Below, piece by piece: positions 21,044 to 29,634 of a stretch of DNA of 64,000 nucleotides. Under the pieces are notes generated by a model. The model saw only the letters and a program-made list of their open reading frames with translations. It did no database searches and was not told where the DNA came from. The position numbers and the translations under genes are program-made. How positions within the stretch are numbered: position 1 is the first letter of the stretch; each line of letters begins with the position of its first letter. Origin of the DNA: Sphingobacteriia bacterium (GTDB taxonomy: Bacteria > Bacteroidota > Bacteroidia > Chitinophagales > Chitinophagaceae); the NCBI GenBank assembly GCA_031429515.1, contig JANOZT010000013.1, positions 121 to 64,120 of the forward strand, read 5' to 3'.

Positions 21044-22831
21044 ATGATTGTACAAATAAAAAATTATTGGATAATAGTGCTTTTGTTAATGAGTTCAATC
21101 ATTGTATCTGCTCAACAAAAAAAATCTCTCCTAAAATCTACCAAAGCCAATGATGCGCTTTATTTGAGTGAGTTTAAAGAATCAGTTTTTGCAACAAAAA
21201 AAATAGACACCACTGCTTTTATTGTTGAACGAAAAAAACAAATCGACTCCATATTACATGATGAAATACCCGTGAAATACTATTCCGATAAAACCGATGA
21301 AAGAACTATGTTGGCGCAAAATATTGCTTTGCAAGACTCTTTTTTTATCAAATATATCTTTGATAAAAAAACGCATCAACCATTGTGGAATGAAATATTT
21401 GGTGTATATCCTGCAAGACCAGGGGATATTAGAAAAGGTGTTGTGAATTTGCCAGGTTCATTAATGCGTATTGAAATGTATAATTATGCGTTGAATTTAA
21501 CTACTATAGGTGTAGTCAATATCATAACACATAAAATGATCAGTGTAGATCACTATCCTCAAATGCAACCAGATATTCCTTCAAGGCTTACTAAATTGGC
21601 GGTAAAAATTGCGGTCAATTCACCTGAAGTGGAGAAAGCACTCGGATTTAAACCTTCTGCTGATTTGCCCATCATGTCGAGTACCAAAACAGCATTGAAT
21701 AGAACAAAATGCGAAAGGTCTCAGCATTTATGTGTTGCACCAACTTTTGTAAAAGGCAATAGAGCTTTATGGGCCATTGTGGACCTTACAGATAATCGAT
21801 TGGTAGGATTACGTTGGACCAATGTTGGGAAAGATGCTGAAAATTTAGTAGTTACAGAAAGAAAATTACAGAATGAAAATATGGCCGATTGTTATTGCGA
21901 AAAAATCAACACGGTTAAAAAAAATAACTGGGCAGTTGATTATGTTTTAACAGCCTCCGATGGACTCATGATTAGTAATGTAAGTTTCAATTCAAACAAA
22001 ATAATCAATAGTGCAAAATTGGTAGATTGGCATGTAAGTTACTCTGGTACTGATGGTTTCGGTTACAGTGATGCTGTAGGTTGCCCAATCTTTAGCCAAT
22101 CGGCTGTAGTGGCAACAGATCCGCCTATTATAGCAGACATAATTGAAGGGGATAGTACAGTTGGTTTTATGCTCGAACAGCGATTCTTCAGCGAATTATG
22201 GCCTATTGCTTGTAATTATAGTTATTCCCAGCGTTTTTTCTTTTACAAAAATGGTCAATTCAGAATGGTTTGTGCAAGTTTAGGAAGGGGTTGTGGAAAT
22301 AATGGAATTTACCGACCTGTGATGCGTATTTCATTTGCAGGTAATAAACAATCGTTTTATGAGTGGGGTAATAATGCTTGGAATATTTGGGACAAAGAAA
22401 AATGGCAATTACAACAACCAACAACATCTTATTCACCCAAGGGATTTCAGTATCAACTCCAAACGAGCAACAACAATGGGTTTTATATAGAGCCAGGCAA
22501 GGGTCAATTTAATGACAGTGGAAGAGGAGATAATGCCTACTTATACATTACTAAAAACCATTTAGATAAAAATGAAGGAGAAACCGATTTGGTAACAATT
22601 GGACCATGTTGCAATATCGATTACCGACAAGGCCCCGAAAAGTTCATTGAACCAAATCCAGAGCAAATTGTTAACACTGACTTAGTGCTCTGGTATGTTC
22701 CTCAAATGAAGAATGACGATACTCCAGGATCCAAATATTGTTGGGCTGAAACCTATTATGAGGGTGGTGTATATAAAATTAAATCTTACCCTTGTTTTGC
22801 AGGACCAATGTTTGTTCCTTTCAAAAAATGA
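21044..22831 (+). CDS. Secreted copper amine oxidase-fold protein lacking the canonical Cu-binding histidines
   Basis: Ordered CAO-like blocks: AIVDLTDNRLV, NWAVDY...GLMISNVSF...WHVSY..GYSD, CNYSYSQRFFFYKNGQF, YLYITKN, EQIVNTDLVLWY; recognised by eye against remembered E. coli TynA sequence. Confidence 0.75.
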   Translation: MIVQIKNYWIIVLLLMSSIIVSAQQKKSLLKSTKANDALYLSEFKESVFATKKIDTTAFIVERKKQIDSILHDEIPVKYYSDKTDERTMLAQNIALQDSFFIKYIFDKKTHQPLWNEIFGVYPARPGDIRKGVVNLPGSLMRIEMYNYALNLTTIGVVNIITHKMISVDHYPQMQPDIPSRLTKLAVKIAVNSPEVEKALGFKPSADLPIMSSTKTALNRTKCERSQHLCVAPTFVKGNRALWAIVDLTDNRLVGLRWTNVGKDAENLVVTERKLQNENMADCYCEKINTVKKNNWAVDYVLTASDGLMISNVSFNSNKIINSAKLVDWHVSYSGTDGFGYSDAVGCPIFSQSAVVATDPPIIADIIEGDSTVGFMLEQRFFSELWPIACNYSYSQRFFFYKNGQFRMVCASLGRGCGNNGIYRPVMRISFAGNKQSFYEWGNNAWNIWDKEKWQLQQPTTSYSPKGFQYQLQTSNNNGFYIEPGKGQFNDSGRGDNAYLYITKNHLDKNEGETDLVTIGPCCNIDYRQGPEKFIEPNPEQIVNTDLVLWYVPQMKNDDTPGSKYCWAETYYEGGVYKIKSYPCFAGPMFVPFKK

Positions 22832-22850
22832 CGTATATTGAATTTTATTT

Positions 22851-23489
22851 ATGAGCGAAAAAATTAACTTAATGATTGCCGATGACCATCCACTTTTTGT
22901 GGAAGGTCTAAAGATGATATTGGGGAGTGATCCAGCAATCAATATTGCAGGTATTGCAAATGACGGCAAGCAGTTGCTGTACTTACTCACTCAGCAACCA
23001 GATATTGATTTAATTTTATTGGATGTGAATATGCCTAACCTAAATGGCTTAGATACAATCAAATACATCAAACAATCTTTCGTTACTGTTAGGGTTTTAA
23101 TGCTTTCTGCATACAATGACGCAAAATTAATTGAGCAAGCAAAAAAAGCTGGCGCAGATGGATACATATTAAAGAACAGTAGCAAAGACGAACTATCGGG
23201 TGCCATTAAAAAAGTTGCCGGAGGTGAGTCTGTTTTCATTTTGGGAAAAGAAGAGAACTTGCCAGATGCTTTCAAAAAATTAGATACCTTTTTACACAAA
23301 TTCAATCTCACTAAGAGGGAATTAGAAATTGTTTATTACCTAAAGCAAACTTACACCAATCAGCAAATAGCAGAAAAATTGCATTTGAGTATTTATACGG
23401 TTGAAACACATCGTAAAAATATCATGCATAAATTACAATTAAATTCCCCAGCGGCTTTGGTTAAATTCATGATTGAATTTAACGTATAA
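22851..23489 (+). CDS. NarL/FixJ (LuxR-type HTH) two-component response regulator
   Basis: IADDH, LLDVNMP, MLS, GYILK receiver motifs; LTKRELEI...TNQQIAEKLHLSIYTVETHRKNIMHKL HTH. Confidence 0.95.
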   Translation: MSEKINLMIADDHPLFVEGLKMILGSDPAINIAGIANDGKQLLYLLTQQPDIDLILLDVNMPNLNGLDTIKYIKQSFVTVRVLMLSAYNDAKLIEQAKKAGADGYILKNSSKDELSGAIKKVAGGESVFILGKEENLPDAFKKLDTFLHKFNLTKRELEIVYYLKQTYTNQQIAEKLHLSIYTVETHRKNIMHKLQLNSPAALVKFMIEFNV

Positions 23490-23536
23490 AAAAAGCCCCC
23501 ATTGCTGGAAGCTATTTCTATTGAAGTCCTAAAAAT

Positions 23537-26029
23537 TTATTGTTGTATCAATATTTTCTGTGGTTGAAGTTTGATGCCATTTCCCTCAATGGTTAGTATG
23601 CTAATAGATATACCAGGTAAATTGGTCATCTGAACTGGAACCTGATTTTCTCCTTTCACTACATTGGCGTCTCTGGTAAATAATACTCTTCCGCTTGATG
23701 CATCAGTAATCTTAATAGTGGCAGTAGTATTTACTTCACTATTAAATTTCGCTGTGAATTTTCCTCCCTTTGCAGGATTAGGAAATACATTGATAAATGT
23801 ATTTGTAGCTGCAGCAACTTCATATGGCGCTTTTTTAGAAAAAGCAATATTGTTGATGGCCGCATCAATTGTTGTTGATCTTCCATCAAAAGTTTCGAAA
23901 GCAAATACAACAGTAACTATATCATTGGCTTCAAATCCGGCTGTTGAATTCGTTGCTTTGAAACTACTCAAATCTATTCTGTATTCTTTAAATTCTTTTC
24001 CAATAGTAGTGCTGTATTTAAATTGTTTTTCAAAATCGTTGATGGAATTTTTTGCCAAAGTAATTTTTAGTTTTGCATCTCCTTTAGCGGTTAATACCAA
24101 TGTTTTATATTCACTCAGATCTACTGCAACACCTGCTCCTTTTAATACTTTGTAAGCGGTAATATAATTAGGAGTTGTTGCCTTTATTTTTACATTTCTG
24201 AATACAGGATAGTCTCCTGCAGCAATTCCTTTTGAAGTATCGTTCAATATGCTAAACTCCTTTAATACAGTTTTGGAAGAGTCATAATCAATTCCCCAAG
24301 TGCCATCACTCATATAAACTTGATCCTGTAATTTGCCATTGATATACATAGATACATTGCTCTCAAAAACATCACTCATTGGGAAAGTAACGGTTGATTT
24401 GTTGAATGCATTTAAATTAAATGGAATAGTTCTTTTTGTTTTTATTGTTGCCATTTCGTTGGCTTTCTCTTCCACTTCAAAATATCCACTACTAAAGATG
24501 CTTTGATTATTGATGGATAAATTTAAATTGGTTCCATTACGACTTCCGCTTGTGAAATAAGTTTTAGGTAGTTCTGCGGAAGCAATAAATTGCTGAATAG
24601 GCATTATAGCATTCAATTTGCTCAAAATTTCTAAAGCCATATCTATGCATAAATACGGAGCTGCACCCCAAACCTGGTAGTTGATTAATGTGTCTTCACT
24701 GATATAATCTTTATTCAACCAATTAGATTGAAAAGAGAAACTATTCCTTCCTATTTTTTTACCTACTGAAAAGCTCATTGCATATTCAATATTTCCAGTA
24801 GACTGTTGTAAAGTGTACCTGATAAAATTTAAACTGTTTAAAGAAAAATTCTCCACATTCAATAATTCAGCACCTTTCAATCGATCACACATAGGTTTTG
24901 TATGATCATACATTACACCTTGTGTTTTTGTTGCAAAAGCTACTGCTTTGCAAATTCCATCTTTTGTAAAGTCTACAGATCTTACTTCTTTTGCGTTTGT
25001 AATAAAAGGAATATCTGTAGGTGTAGTTATATAAGCTGTGTATCCAGAATCTAATATGCGTGAAGGCATTAAGTCGGCCAATCTCAAGCCAGTATTAGAA
25101 GAAGTTGCATTGCTAGTGATCATTCTAGACTCAGGTTGGAGTAATTGCATTTGTTGATAATTCACTTCACCGTTACTTCCTTCTAGTAATTTTCCATAAA
25201 TTCTTTTAGCAATTTTATCTCCTAAGCTTTTGCTTTCTAATCCACCCGTATTTCCTGAAAATGAAATTTTTCCATCTATTGTTAAATCAGGAATACTATC
25301 CATTTTGTTGACGCATTCGATCGGTGTAACTGTTGTAAAAAATATCAAATCATTGAAGTCGTTATCACAGCCATTGTTATCTCTTCTAATATCTTCAAAA
25401 CCAATAACAATTCTATTGGAACTAGAATCTCTGAGTAAAACAGTATGTCTTTTATTTGAAACAATAGGTTCAGGATTAAAAGCTGCGGTAGAATACAATG
25501 TCCAGTTTCCAGGAGTTACAATAGTTCCATTCCATCCGTCAGCCATCAATACAAATCCAATACCTGTTTTTGCAGGAAAATTGCCTAAGAATACTTTATC
25601 ACCTGCATTTAATGCACCACCTGCACCATTTTTAGATGCATTGGGAAAAATTATTTTGATTTGATTTGCTGCAGGAGTAGAAGTAGGTGGATTGTCTGTA
25701 TTGAAAGTATAATAACCTAGGGCATTTCTATAACCAGCGCCTTCATCAACAAAAGTAATCCAAATATCTGAAGCACATTTAACATCAATGGTTTCGGTTC
25801 TTCCATCTGCAATTAAACGAGGGTTATAGGTTGGAACTGGTCTGTTCTCTGGCAAAGAAGCGGCAATCTTACTTAGGAATGATGCACTAAGCACATCTCT
25901 AGTTGGCAATAAATAATTTGGTTTCCCTTGATTATCATAAGTGCCTAAATATTGGTATTGGCCAATTGATTTTGTGGAAACTAGAATAAGTATGGTCAGT
26001 CCTAGATAATGCGTAAATTTCTTAAGCAT
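23537..26029 (-). CDS. T9SS cargo: DUF4114-like N-terminal domain + shared C-terminal module + type A CTD
   Basis: Signal peptide ending IGQ; TFVDEGAGYRNALGYY and GFEDIRRD...DNDFNDLIF; C-terminal NVFPNPAKG...GEN CTD; C-terminal ~570 aa colinear with 14495-18706 product. Confidence 0.85.
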   Translation of the reverse strand: MLKKFTHYLGLTILILVSTKSIGQYQYLGTYDNQGKPNYLLPTRDVLSASFLSKIAASLPENRPVPTYNPRLIADGRTETIDVKCASDIWITFVDEGAGYRNALGYYTFNTDNPPTSTPAANQIKIIFPNASKNGAGGALNAGDKVFLGNFPAKTGIGFVLMADGWNGTIVTPGNWTLYSTAAFNPEPIVSNKRHTVLLRDSSSNRIVIGFEDIRRDNNGCDNDFNDLIFFTTVTPIECVNKMDSIPDLTIDGKISFSGNTGGLESKSLGDKIAKRIYGKLLEGSNGEVNYQQMQLLQPESRMITSNATSSNTGLRLADLMPSRILDSGYTAYITTPTDIPFITNAKEVRSVDFTKDGICKAVAFATKTQGVMYDHTKPMCDRLKGAELLNVENFSLNSLNFIRYTLQQSTGNIEYAMSFSVGKKIGRNSFSFQSNWLNKDYISEDTLINYQVWGAAPYLCIDMALEILSKLNAIMPIQQFIASAELPKTYFTSGSRNGTNLNLSINNQSIFSSGYFEVEEKANEMATIKTKRTIPFNLNAFNKSTVTFPMSDVFESNVSMYINGKLQDQVYMSDGTWGIDYDSSKTVLKEFSILNDTSKGIAAGDYPVFRNVKIKATTPNYITAYKVLKGAGVAVDLSEYKTLVLTAKGDAKLKITLAKNSINDFEKQFKYSTTIGKEFKEYRIDLSSFKATNSTAGFEANDIVTVVFAFETFDGRSTTIDAAINNIAFSKKAPYEVAAATNTFINVFPNPAKGGKFTAKFNSEVNTTATIKITDASSGRVLFTRDANVVKGENQVPVQMTNLPGISISILTIEGNGIKLQPQKILIQQ

Positions 26030-26248
26030 ATTGTCCTATTTAGTAAACGGTTAATAATTGTTCACTATAGGGCAGGATTAAAGGAATTGGATGGTTCTAG
26101 TTTAAAATTATCTCAAATCCTATTTGCTAACGAAATTTCAACCTTGTTTGGTATATATTTCATCAAGAAATTTGAACTTTTTTATTTCATAAATAGTTCA
26201 TTTACAGTAATTTAAGATAAAATGACCTGCTAAGATCAATTATTAAAA

Positions 26249-26264
26249 TACCAACTGGTTGGTA
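26249..26264. promoter_or_regulatory. 7-2-7 palindrome TACCAAC-TG-GTTGGTA, candidate operator
   Basis: Perfect 7-bp arms; matches core of 18877-18892 at 14/16. Confidence 0.6.
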
Positions 26265-26390
26265 GAGTCAATTAAGCTGTTTTGTAGATTTTCATTAAAA
26301 AAATACCTATTACTGGTTATTATTTAACTTTTATAGAAGAGGAAAACTTCATATGGTCTGTTTAAGGTACTTTCTTAACTTCGCCGCAAT

Positions 26391-28595
26391 ATGGAAATTA
26401 CTGTAAAAACCGCTCAACAGCTCCGCCTTACTGCTGAAGAATTTGAGCTGATCCAACAAAAATTAAATAGAACACCCAATTTCACTGAGTTATGTGCTTT
26501 TAGCGGCATGTGGAGTGAACATTGTAGTTATAAAAACTCCATTAAATGGTTAAAAACATTGCCAAGAAATGGCGGTAGAATGTTGGTAGCTGCAGGAGAA
26601 GAAAATGCAGGTTTAATGGATATTGGAAATGGTTTTGGTGTAGTGTTTAAAATAGAAAGCCATAATCATCCTAGTGCAATAGAACCATTTCAAGGTGCTG
26701 CAACTGGTGTTGGCGGAATTCAAAGAGATATATTCACCATGGGAGCAAGGCCTATTGCTTCAATGAATAGTTTGCGCTTTGGAAATCTAAAAGATAAAAA
26801 AACGCAACACTTATTATCAGGTGTTGTAAAGGGTATTGGGCATTATGGAAATTGTTTTGGTGTTCCAACAGTTGGAGGTGAAGTTTATTTTGAAGATTGT
26901 TACCATACCAATCCTTTAGTGAATGCAATGAGTGTTGGGATAATGAAAGCTGGTGATATGGTAAGTGCAACAGCAAAAGGCACTGGCAATCCTGTAATTT
27001 ATGTTGGAAGTGCAACCGGAAAAGATGGAATTGGTGGAGCTAGTTTTGCGAGTGCAGATATTACTCATGATAGTGTTCAAGAATTGCCTGCAGTTCAAGT
27101 GGGCGATCCTTTTCAAGAGAAGAAATTATTAGAAGCTTGTTTAGAAGTATTAACAACAGGAGCTGTTGTAGGTATGCAGGATATGGGTGCGGCAGGAATT
27201 ATTTGCAGTACAGCAGAGATGAGTGCAAAAGGCGAAGTAGGAATGCATATCGATTTAGAGAAAGTACCTACTCGACAACAAAACATGAAAGCTTGGGAAT
27301 TACTTTTAAGTGAAAGTCAGGAAAGAATGTTGATGGTTGTAGAAAAAGGAAGAGAAGCAGAAGTAGTTGCTGTTTTTGAAAAATGGGATTTAAGTGCAAG
27401 CACAATTGGTCATGTTACCGACGACGGTTTGTTGAAATTTTACATGAATGGAGAACTAGAAGCATCATTACCTGCATACGAATTGGTATTAGGTGGAGGT
27501 GCTCCTCAATACACTAGAGAATACACGGAGCCTGCTTATTTCGAAAAAATCAATGCATTCAATATTGCAGATATAGAAGACATTGCTGATATAAAAGAAG
27601 TTGCTGAATCATTAGTGTCATTGCCCAATATCGCCAGTAAACGATGGATATATACGCAATATGATAGTATGGTTGGTGCTGCAAATTTGAGTACCAATAA
27701 TCCTAGCGATGCTTCTATTGTTTTAGCAAAAGGAACTGGTAAAGCCTTGGCAATGACCGTAGATTGCAATAGCAAATATGTTTATGCAAATCCTTATATC
27801 GGTGGAATGATTGCTGTTGCAGAAGCAGCAAGAAATATTGTTTGTAGTGGTGCTGAGCCAATCGGTGTGACCAATTGTTTGAATTTTGGAAACCCGTATG
27901 ACCCCGAAGTTTATTTTCAATTTGTACATGCCGTTACTGGTATGGGCGATGCTTGTAAAAAATTCAATACACCAGTAACTGGTGGTAATGTGAGTTTCTA
28001 TAATCAAAACCCTGATGGTCCGGTATATCCAACACCAACAATTGGAATGGTGGGTATCTTGGAAGATATCGAAGCAAAAATGACCTTGCATTTTAAAAAT
28101 GCAGGTGATACGATTGTATTAATTGGTCAGCAACACAATGATATTGCATCAAGTGAATATTTACATAAACTAAAGAAAGTTCAATATTCACCAGCGCCCT
28201 ATTTTAATTTGGATGAAGAATACAATATACAACAGTTTGTGTATGAGCTCATTCAAAAAAAGAAAATCAACAGCGCTCATGATATTAGCGAAGGGGGATT
28301 GATGATTACTTTATTTGAGAGTGGATTTGCTGGTAATAAGGGATTCAATGTAGATCCTTCAATAGAAATGAGAAAAGACGCTTATTGGTTTGGAGAAGCT
28401 CAAGGAAGAATTGTTGTTTCAGTTAATACCAATGCGTTGGACACTTTATTGAATGATGCAAAAGCTGCTGGAATTGCATGTTCAATAGTAGGAACAGTAA
28501 CAGAAAGTGATATTGAAGTGAGTGGAGAAAATTGGGGAGATATCAATGGTTGGAAAGAGAAATATGATACTGCTATAGAAAAGATGATTCAATAA
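26391..28595 (+). CDS. purL: Phosphoribosylformylglycinamidine synthase subunit PurL
   Basis: MWSEHCSYK, KIESHNHPSAIEPFQGAATGVGGIQRD, QDMGAAG, TGGNVSFYN. Confidence 0.97.
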   Translation: MEITVKTAQQLRLTAEEFELIQQKLNRTPNFTELCAFSGMWSEHCSYKNSIKWLKTLPRNGGRMLVAAGEENAGLMDIGNGFGVVFKIESHNHPSAIEPFQGAATGVGGIQRDIFTMGARPIASMNSLRFGNLKDKKTQHLLSGVVKGIGHYGNCFGVPTVGGEVYFEDCYHTNPLVNAMSVGIMKAGDMVSATAKGTGNPVIYVGSATGKDGIGGASFASADITHDSVQELPAVQVGDPFQEKKLLEACLEVLTTGAVVGMQDMGAAGIICSTAEMSAKGEVGMHIDLEKVPTRQQNMKAWELLLSESQERMLMVVEKGREAEVVAVFEKWDLSASTIGHVTDDGLLKFYMNGELEASLPAYELVLGGGAPQYTREYTEPAYFEKINAFNIADIEDIADIKEVAESLVSLPNIASKRWIYTQYDSMVGAANLSTNNPSDASIVLAKGTGKALAMTVDCNSKYVYANPYIGGMIAVAEAARNIVCSGAEPIGVTNCLNFGNPYDPEVYFQFVHAVTGMGDACKKFNTPVTGGNVSFYNQNPDGPVYPTPTIGMVGILEDIEAKMTLHFKNAGDTIVLIGQQHNDIASSEYLHKLKKVQYSPAPYFNLDEEYNIQQFVYELIQKKKINSAHDISEGGLMITLFESGFAGNKGFNVDPSIEMRKDAYWFGEAQGRIVVSVNTNALDTLLNDAKAAGIACSIVGTVTESDIEVSGENWGDINGWKEKYDTAIEKMIQ

Positions 28596-28600
28596 TTGCG

Positions 28601-29623
28601 ATGGATAAGGATAAACAAATATTGGTTACAGGCGCTGCTGGATTTATTGGTAGTTGTATGGTTCAATATTTGAACGATCAAGGGTTTAACAAGTTGATAT
28701 TAGTAGATGATTTTGGTGTAGAAGAAAAAAGAAAGAACTGGGAATCGAAATCTTTTGAAACAATTGTTGAACGATATAATTTATTCAATTGGTTAGAAGC
28801 GCATCAACCAAAAATTGATATTGTTATTCATCTTGGAGCAAGAACCGATACTACGGAATTTGATTATGCGGTTCATGTAGAGTTAAACTTAGAGTATTCT
28901 AAATCAATATGGAATTATTGCAATGCACATCAAGTGCCATTAATTTATGCATCAAGTGCAGCCACATACGGAGATGGGGAATTTGGCTATAGCGATGATC
29001 ACACACTAATAGACAAATTAATTCCACTTAATCCTTATGGAGTTAGTAAAAATGAGTTTGATAAATGGGCGTTGCAACAATTGGAGCAGCCCCCTTTTTG
29101 GGCAGGGTTAAAATTTTTTAATGTGTATGGTCCAAACGAATCTCATAAAGAAAGAATGGCTAGTGTGATATGGCATTCTTTTAATCAAATTAAATCTAAA
29201 GGGTTGGTGAAACTATTTAAAAGTCATAAAGAGGGCTTTAAAGATGGAGAACAATTGCGGGATTTCATATATGTAAAAGATGTGTTGAAAGTTATCTTCT
29301 GGATGATGGAGAAAATGGGAGATTTTGTAGAGAATCAATCGCCAAATCCTTGGACTAGTTCAATCAACGGAATTTATAATTTAGGAACTGGCAAAGCAAG
29401 AACATTCACGGATCTAGTAAATGCTACATTTAAAGGACTTGACTTAGCCCCAAAAATCCAATTCATAGATATGCCATTGGATATAAGAGACAAATACCAA
29501 TATTTTACGGAAGCCGATATGCACAAATTACATAAAGCCGGTTATGATCAACCATTTTGCTCTTTGGAAAATGGTGTTGAAGACTATGTTCGCAATTATT
29601 TAGCAGTATCAAAGCAATTTTAA
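28601..29623 (+). CDS. rfaD: ADP-glyceromanno-heptose 6-epimerase
   Basis: TGAAGFIGS, YASSAATYG, YGVSK, YFN-like FFNVYGPNE.HK.RMASV, RDFIYVKD, YQYFTEAD. Confidence 0.92.
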   Translation: MDKDKQILVTGAAGFIGSCMVQYLNDQGFNKLILVDDFGVEEKRKNWESKSFETIVERYNLFNWLEAHQPKIDIVIHLGARTDTTEFDYAVHVELNLEYSKSIWNYCNAHQVPLIYASSAATYGDGEFGYSDDHTLIDKLIPLNPYGVSKNEFDKWALQQLEQPPFWAGLKFFNVYGPNESHKERMASVIWHSFNQIKSKGLVKLFKSHKEGFKDGEQLRDFIYVKDVLKVIFWMMEKMGDFVENQSPNPWTSSINGIYNLGTGKARTFTDLVNATFKGLDLAPKIQFIDMPLDIRDKYQYFTEADMHKLHKAGYDQPFCSLENGVEDYVRNYLAVSKQF

Positions 29624-29634
29624 TTTTATGATTT

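Noticed and set aside
21044-22831. Calling the 595-aa protein a functional copper amine oxidase (tynA)
   Set aside because: The HxH and distal His copper ligands are not present in the aligned positions, so the canonical activity cannot be assigned
23664-25664. Antisense ORFs of 163 and 144 aa (and the many other 60-140 aa opposite-strand ORFs in the track)
   Set aside because: Fully nested opposite well-supported genes with no recognisable motifs; typical shadows of codon bias
14495-26029. Locus as a prophage, integrative element, DGR or polymorphic toxin system
   Set aside because: No integrase, transposase, reverse transcriptase or flanking direct repeats seen; the variable part of the cargo paralogues is N-terminal and no immunity-like small ORFs follow them
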